From: Blasia pusilla
Lineage: Eukaryota
DNA: 64,000 nucleotides
Assembly: GCA_050084515.1 (NCBI GenBank)
Contig: CM114271.1
Coordinates: 16,058,001-16,122,000, forward strand
Direction: 5' to 3'
A model generated the notes under the pieces. It did not search any database and was not told the DNA's origin. It was given only the letters and a program-made list of their open reading frames with translations. Both the position numbers and the translations under genes were made by a program. Positions 58,083 through 64,000 of this stretch are shown in pieces; the stretch's first letter is position 1; every line of letters begins with the position of its first letter.

Positions 58083-60688
58083 TTATCAACTACTAGAGTG
58101 TTGCCCACGTTATGTCATGGTCATATTAAAATTTTGAAAATAAATAAATAAAATTGTCTTCTATATATATATATTTTCCCTTTTCAGTCATCATAGAAGG
58201 CCGAGGGAATAAAATAAATAAATAAATATATATATAGAAAAAGGAGGATTGTCTAACCCCCATCCTCCTTTACAAGTGTAGATGGCGAGTAAACAGGCGG
58301 CAAGAGATTAACGCGATGGACGTCTTCAGAAGATATTGACAGGAGATTGACAGAAGAGCTTCTGGGATTGTGGGATTCCAGAAGAGATTGCGAGTTTGAT
58401 AGAAGAGATGGACACCAAAAGGTCGCCGATACTCAAAACTGACGCGGAAATTGTCGCAGGCCTGATCCGTGGTCCTCCTTACAGACTCAAATAAGCGTTG
58501 TGGGTCGATTTCCTTGGCTTGAGAAGTAGAATGACAGTGAGCAGCCAACTAAATGACTGTGTTCACCCAAAGGTTGTTGGTCGGTGCGGCTGCTGTATGC
58601 ATCCGTCTGTCTCGCTCTCTTCATGCACAAATGTCCTGACTGACAGAAGATTTTGGACAGGGATCGAGATCTGGATGCCGGAAGATAGAGAGAAGAGGGA
58701 GACGCGAATAGTTAGGTGAAAGAGAGAATGGAACTCTTTGTTCGCAACAAACGCAAAGATAACCCAGCAGCGGCATTATACCTGGCTATAATCCAGCACG
58801 AACAAGGAAATTTTATGTGAAAACACAAAGCTCAAGCACGGTCGGTCGTAACGCCCTGCTGCAGCAAATCACGGAGTTGCAACAGCTGGCTAAAAAAAAG
58901 TGTAGTACACAGATCCGTGACGGCAGAAATCCACACCTCCACGAATTCCACGAATTTCACAACTCCACGAATTTGAGATTGGGTCGCTCGGATTGAAATG
59001 TGCTGCGATGGGGAATCATAAATTTTCAAATATGAACCAAAATAGCCCATGGGCCTTACAAGGAAGAATTTACAAGGAGACGAGCAGTTTCGAAATAAAA
59101 TCGACTGTTCGTTTTTCGTAGCGCAGCGGCCCATGGAATCGCAACAGGGGAAGACTGGGCAGAGCTGTCACTGCCCAGGGAATGCTGGAAGGAGTGGTTG
59201 GAAAGGGGCTCGGCCACGAAGTGCTGGAAAAAGTGAACACTTTACAAGCGCACAGGAGCGGTGGAATGCGATGGATTGCAGCCGAGCCGCACCGCCCCTC
59301 TCAACGATTTTCGACTTTTGACTTGGCAACGCCTGTCATAGTGACAGAATGACATATAATACGATTGCCGATTTTCAATTGTGTCGTTGTGTGTCAAGCA
59401 TGTGTGCTCGTCATAGAGTGGAAGCGCAATTAGTCTTTTGTTGCGATGAGCGGATTTCACTATCCTTCCCCTAAGCAAGAAGACAGTGCACGTGTGCACT
59501 GATTACTATCGACACGGCTGCAAGAGGCGCATAGGACTTGGGTAGGCCCGATAATGCGATAGCAAAGAGAGCGGTAGAGAATAGAGAGAAGGAGAAAGGC
59601 GCTCAGCAAAAGAGAAATTGGGAATTCTGTCACCGAAGCGACGCTGGCCCATGGGATAAGGCCCATGTGAATTCTCCCGCGGCTGCTCCCTTTCCTGACA
59701 TCTGGATGCCTGTAGTATAAAGCCGTCCTACGAAAGCCGTCGTTTTCGCTACTGAGCTGTTATGTTGCAAGGAACACAAAATTTCTTCTGTACACAAAAG
59801 TTCTTTCCGAATCTGTGCCATGGCACCATCCAGACTGTCGTAACCAGTCTTGTTCCTGGATTAGCTCTCCGTCGATTCACAGAGTTTCGGGGAAGCAAGT
59901 TCGTCAAGATTACGATATGACAACTGGTCGATCGCAATTAAAAAGAAGATTTTGATAGAAATGTGATCCCAGGGAACTCTACGGTATCAACTTGATCCAA
60001 TTCCCGACGCTCCTCATCAACAAGCACGCACATCAGGTGGGCCCTGCCATTCGTATGCATCAAGCTCTACTCTTTGATTCCTGCGCAGGTTGGTTAGTTC
60101 CTCACGCACGCTGCGCCTCTTCTTCTGTATCTCTCTGTTGCTACCAGTTCCGCCTGCAAGATTTTGTAGTGAAGCCTTTAGCCGGCGTCCTCCCTCACCC
60201 TGAACGTGCTTACGATCGGGAGCTCCTCCGATGCGGTCAAAATGAAATCGAAACTAGCACGGCTGGAGATCCGAATGGGGTACGTCGTTTACTTGCAGGA
60301 AGGACTTATTGCACGGGGTTATCTCTTTGGAGCTGGTCTTTGTGGGGTATGGCCAATTTTCGCATGCAATCGCAGTACCCAATTCTTGGGTTCCTAAAGA
60401 ATCTCGCATCCATCTAGAGAATTGAAAGGTTTAGGACGTATCCGAGCTCGATCACATGATCTCATTGAATGCTCTACTCCTCCGCGAGAACTTGAGTTGG
60501 AGTGCGCACCTGTGAGTTCATGAACATCATCGTTGTGAGCAAGATTGCAGAAAGTCTAAAGTCTGCGAAATAGATGATTCACAATGTATCCTACGGCAGT
60601 TTTGACTGACGAAAATGGAGCGCAGCATCTTCCATTTCTTTCATTGTTATGTATTCTATGTTAAAAAATTTATACGCTAAAATTTGAT

Positions 60689-60718
60689 CCCAGTGCATCG
60701 CACGGGCATTCTTACTAG
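60689..60718 (+). mobile_element. Additional Helitron 3' terminus (hairpin + CTAG)
   Basis: cccagtgcatcgcacgggcattcttaCTAG|T closely matches the terminus at 58058-58082. Confidence 0.75.
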
Positions 60719-63700
60719 TGCTAACTAGTTTTGTCTAGTGCTTAGGTCTTCCTCGCATTCTTCGCGTGTCACCACTTTCTTCCGAGGAAAGTGGAAAGTG
60801 GAGCACATAATAGCAGGCTCGGTGCTTTTGTCACCTACAGCGTCAGCACTCCGGCGCCACCGTCCTCCTGCAGCAGCAGAGTTGGTGGCATTTCGGGTTG
60901 TTCTAGTTACATTTCGGGTATGCTCTAGTTACATAGCCACCACCGAGTTCATGCGGAGAAATGAACAGGACGCTCGCTTTGATTGTTGTGGAATTTCAAA
61001 ACTTCCTGAAAAAGTAAGATGGGATTTATCTCATTGGCTCACCGTTTCATTTCTGGGCTGTTTGAGGGATTAATTTTGAGTGGGCCTCTGGTGGGGTTAC
61101 TGAGCTGTTCAAGGTTTGTTGGTCTATGTCATCGCGTTCACGGTGTGGGGCGAGGGTCGTTAGAACGAGAGGAGATCCTTCGCATGGTACTCTGTTGAAG
61201 TCGTGAACCCCTTCTCTATGAGACAAAATGGAAGAAAAATCATATTGTGTGCTCAAGGATTGGGGAATTGATTGTTAGACACTTCGTCAACCAAACGACT
61301 GTTCTCTTCTCAAGTGGTCGACATGTCGTCTGTAGGCCCTTTTAGTGAAAGAAATGGACGAAAACTTCTCTGAGGATCCTACTCGTCGGCGTTTAAGACA
61401 TTTTCCCTCTGTCACATAACTCTTGTTCTCTTAATCAGAACCAAATGATCCCTGCACCTCTAATTTGAATGATTCTTTCAATGGTTTCCATGTGTAATGA
61501 GCTAAACGGACATACCTGAGATGATGCTGATGAGATCATGTGTTCAACAAATCAAATGCTTGATCAGGTGCACGCAGAATGAAATCAGATGCTGCAACTC
61601 TACACGTGCAAGGGCAAGAAGCAGAGATGATATGGAAGTTGACAATTGTATCAAATGGTGTTCGCTCAGAACTATACCTACCTAGTGAACCTTGTCGATC
61701 TGGGCTTCCAAAGGTCTGAGATCTCCATTCCTTATGTTGGGAGGAGAGTGAGACCCTGATGGCCAGGCAAGCTGCTCTCTCCCTTTTGTTGGTGTTTCCT
61801 TTTCTCAAACTTGAGCCCTTGACTTAGTTCGGAAATATTGACTCTAGAGTGTGTTTGGTATGGAAGGATAAGCCTATGGTCACTAAGCTCAATGAAGCAT
61901 GAATGTAGAGTGATTGGTATTAGGAAGAAATGCTAGTAACTGAACTGGAGTTCATTTCTCATAAATGTCTTCTATTTTGGTTCTTATCAGCCTGTGGTGT
62001 TTCTGCACGGTGGACCTTGGAGCAGGCACTAGTGGCAGCAAAAGAAGGTTTTTTGATCCTAAATTCTGTTGGATCATTCTCATTGATCAATTACAATTTT
62101 ACCCTAGAATGAATGCACAATGTAGGGTGTTCTGAACTTGAAGCAACCCACACTTTCAACTAAGTCTTCTGTTACTGTGTCAAGACTATCCATGCACAGC
62201 GAATATTGAGTTGTGTGGTTGGTGGGCAGCTTTAGTCGATGGATGGGCACTGTCAAAAGACACTTTAGAAGAAAGGATTGACTTTTTACTATGCTCTAGT
62301 AACTATGTGTGTGGCTAATTTGAGATCAACGTTGGTGTATTCGATAAAAAATGTTAACTTGATTTGTTTAAAGTCACAAAGCCTAACTTGTTAAGCTAGA
62401 GAAGTTGGCTTTCAGGGTATTAGTTTCTCAAGCCAGTTTATGAAGTGTGTTCTAAACGTTTATGTCAGTCAGTACACCATTTGGCAAGTGCTTGAATCAG
62501 TGTTGGTTGTGAGCAGAGGGGTTGAGGACGGAGGGCACCCCCCATGCATGCTTAGAGGAGAACAATACATAGGACCTTGCAGCTGACATCAAGAAAGTTC
62601 TGGAGCATCTAGGCATTGAAAAATGGCAGATCAGAAGAGTACTCTCATATGTACAGCTTGTCTTTTGATATTGTGGATAGACATAGCAACTCCAACTTCA
62701 TCTTAGCGAGCTGAGGTGAAGTTGTTATGGTCTTTTTTTGTGCGGCAACTTCTTATGTGCTCAATTCACTCCCTGACTCATAATATTTGTGTAGGTGTTT
62801 GGAGGCTCTTGAGGTAGCACCTTGGCTTTGGCATACGCTCAGTGGTATCCTAACTAACTGACTATATTCTACAACCAAACCTAGCTTGCTTCGCGAGGAT
62901 GTATGGTTTCTTGGAGCTGGTGCTATTCATCAAATAAATCTTCCAACTTGATACCCTTTGGAGAAGTTACCTATGTTCTTGAGCGAATCTGTGGATTGTT
63001 TCATGGACTCTGCAAATCTGCAATGTGAGGAGCTCTTTATACTTTTTGATGGCTAGTCTATGTCTGACTGATTTGGCTCCAGGGATGTAGTAGATAGAGC
63101 AGGCTTAAAAGTCACTCCATTGCAGCACAGCATGAAGTGCATGTTTGCTCTATCCCTGTGAGTTAGCCGCACTTTGTGATAGGGATGATGTAAATTTTTT
63201 GGGGTTCCTTTTGTAGGTATGAGGAATCGTCCTTTGTGGTGTCTTTCTTTTGAGGAAGAAAGAGATTGACTGGTTTTACCAGTGTGGTGCGTCATTGATT
63301 TTCGTACACGGCGAGTCTCATCTACTTCTGGCTTTGTTCTTAATAAATTAATGGTTTTTTTCCTGAACTTTGGAGTACTCCTTTGCACAGAAGTGGTACA
63401 GTCAATCGGATTGAATGAAGTACAATCAATGATCCTACCATCCATGGAGGAACCAAATCCAAAAGGACCAGAGCAATATCCAAACCCACAAAGAGACAAC
63501 TTCAGAGTTTCTAAAACCTGTCGCCATACAAAAGACCTGGTGATTTAGTATTTTCATCTTTTTGAATTATTCAAGAGGATTTGGCTGCTAGAGCTGTGCA
63601 CACTGGTTGATTCTTTGCTGCATGGCACCTGATTGAGCATACTTGTTCTTAGGTAAAGGGGGTGCAGCTCGGGAACCTTATCCAGATCATAGACCTGAAG

Positions 63701-64000
63701 AAGAATGCCATGACTTCTTGTCTGCATATAGTCGGCGGCTAAGAAGCAGTGATCTTGCTGCCAGGTCAATCATTTTGTGAACCTTTCTATGCATGGTAGC
63801 AGTATATTGCTGCAGTGCTGGTTACCAGGTTCTTTAACTTTGTTGTTTGGAATTGATAAAATGCAGATTTTTCTGCGGTTACAGCCAGAAGTTGTGACTC
63901 TTTACAAGTCTTAAGTTGTTGAGCTAAACTTCATGATTGCTACTCTTGGGTGTATTGACCCTTAGGGTTTCTTGGTTAGCAGCAGCAAAGGACTGGACAG

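Noticed and set aside
60730-64000. Possible neighbouring gene (leader/intron-like sequence; ORF 63053-63499)
   Set aside because: No recognisable domain or consistent exon chain within the window.

Overview
This is eukaryotic, plant-like genomic DNA, and most of it is transposon-derived. There is one intact host gene, a five-exon NADP-dependent 2-alkenal/double-bond reductase (37259-40476, minus strand, 341 aa). Around it are a Gag ORF running off the left edge, two large degenerate Mutator-like (MULE DDE + SWIM) elements, solo-LTR-like inserts, a Harbinger/Tourist MITE, a decayed Helitron Rep/helicase, two helicase C-terminal fragments and several mini-Helitrons. The most interesting signal is in the MULEs. 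Each lies beside an accessory zinc-finger gene and has its own repeated short motif. In the left element (~1.8-19.2 kb) the 12-mer GGAAGGCATTCT occurs in introns, ORFs and spacers, and is amplified in two otherwise unrelated ~217-220-bp tandem arrays. I did not see it in the rest of the window. This resembles the VANDAL/VANC sequence-specific anti-silencing design but may use zinc-finger proteins. That interpretation is inference and needs testing. All motif counts and alignments were done by eye.
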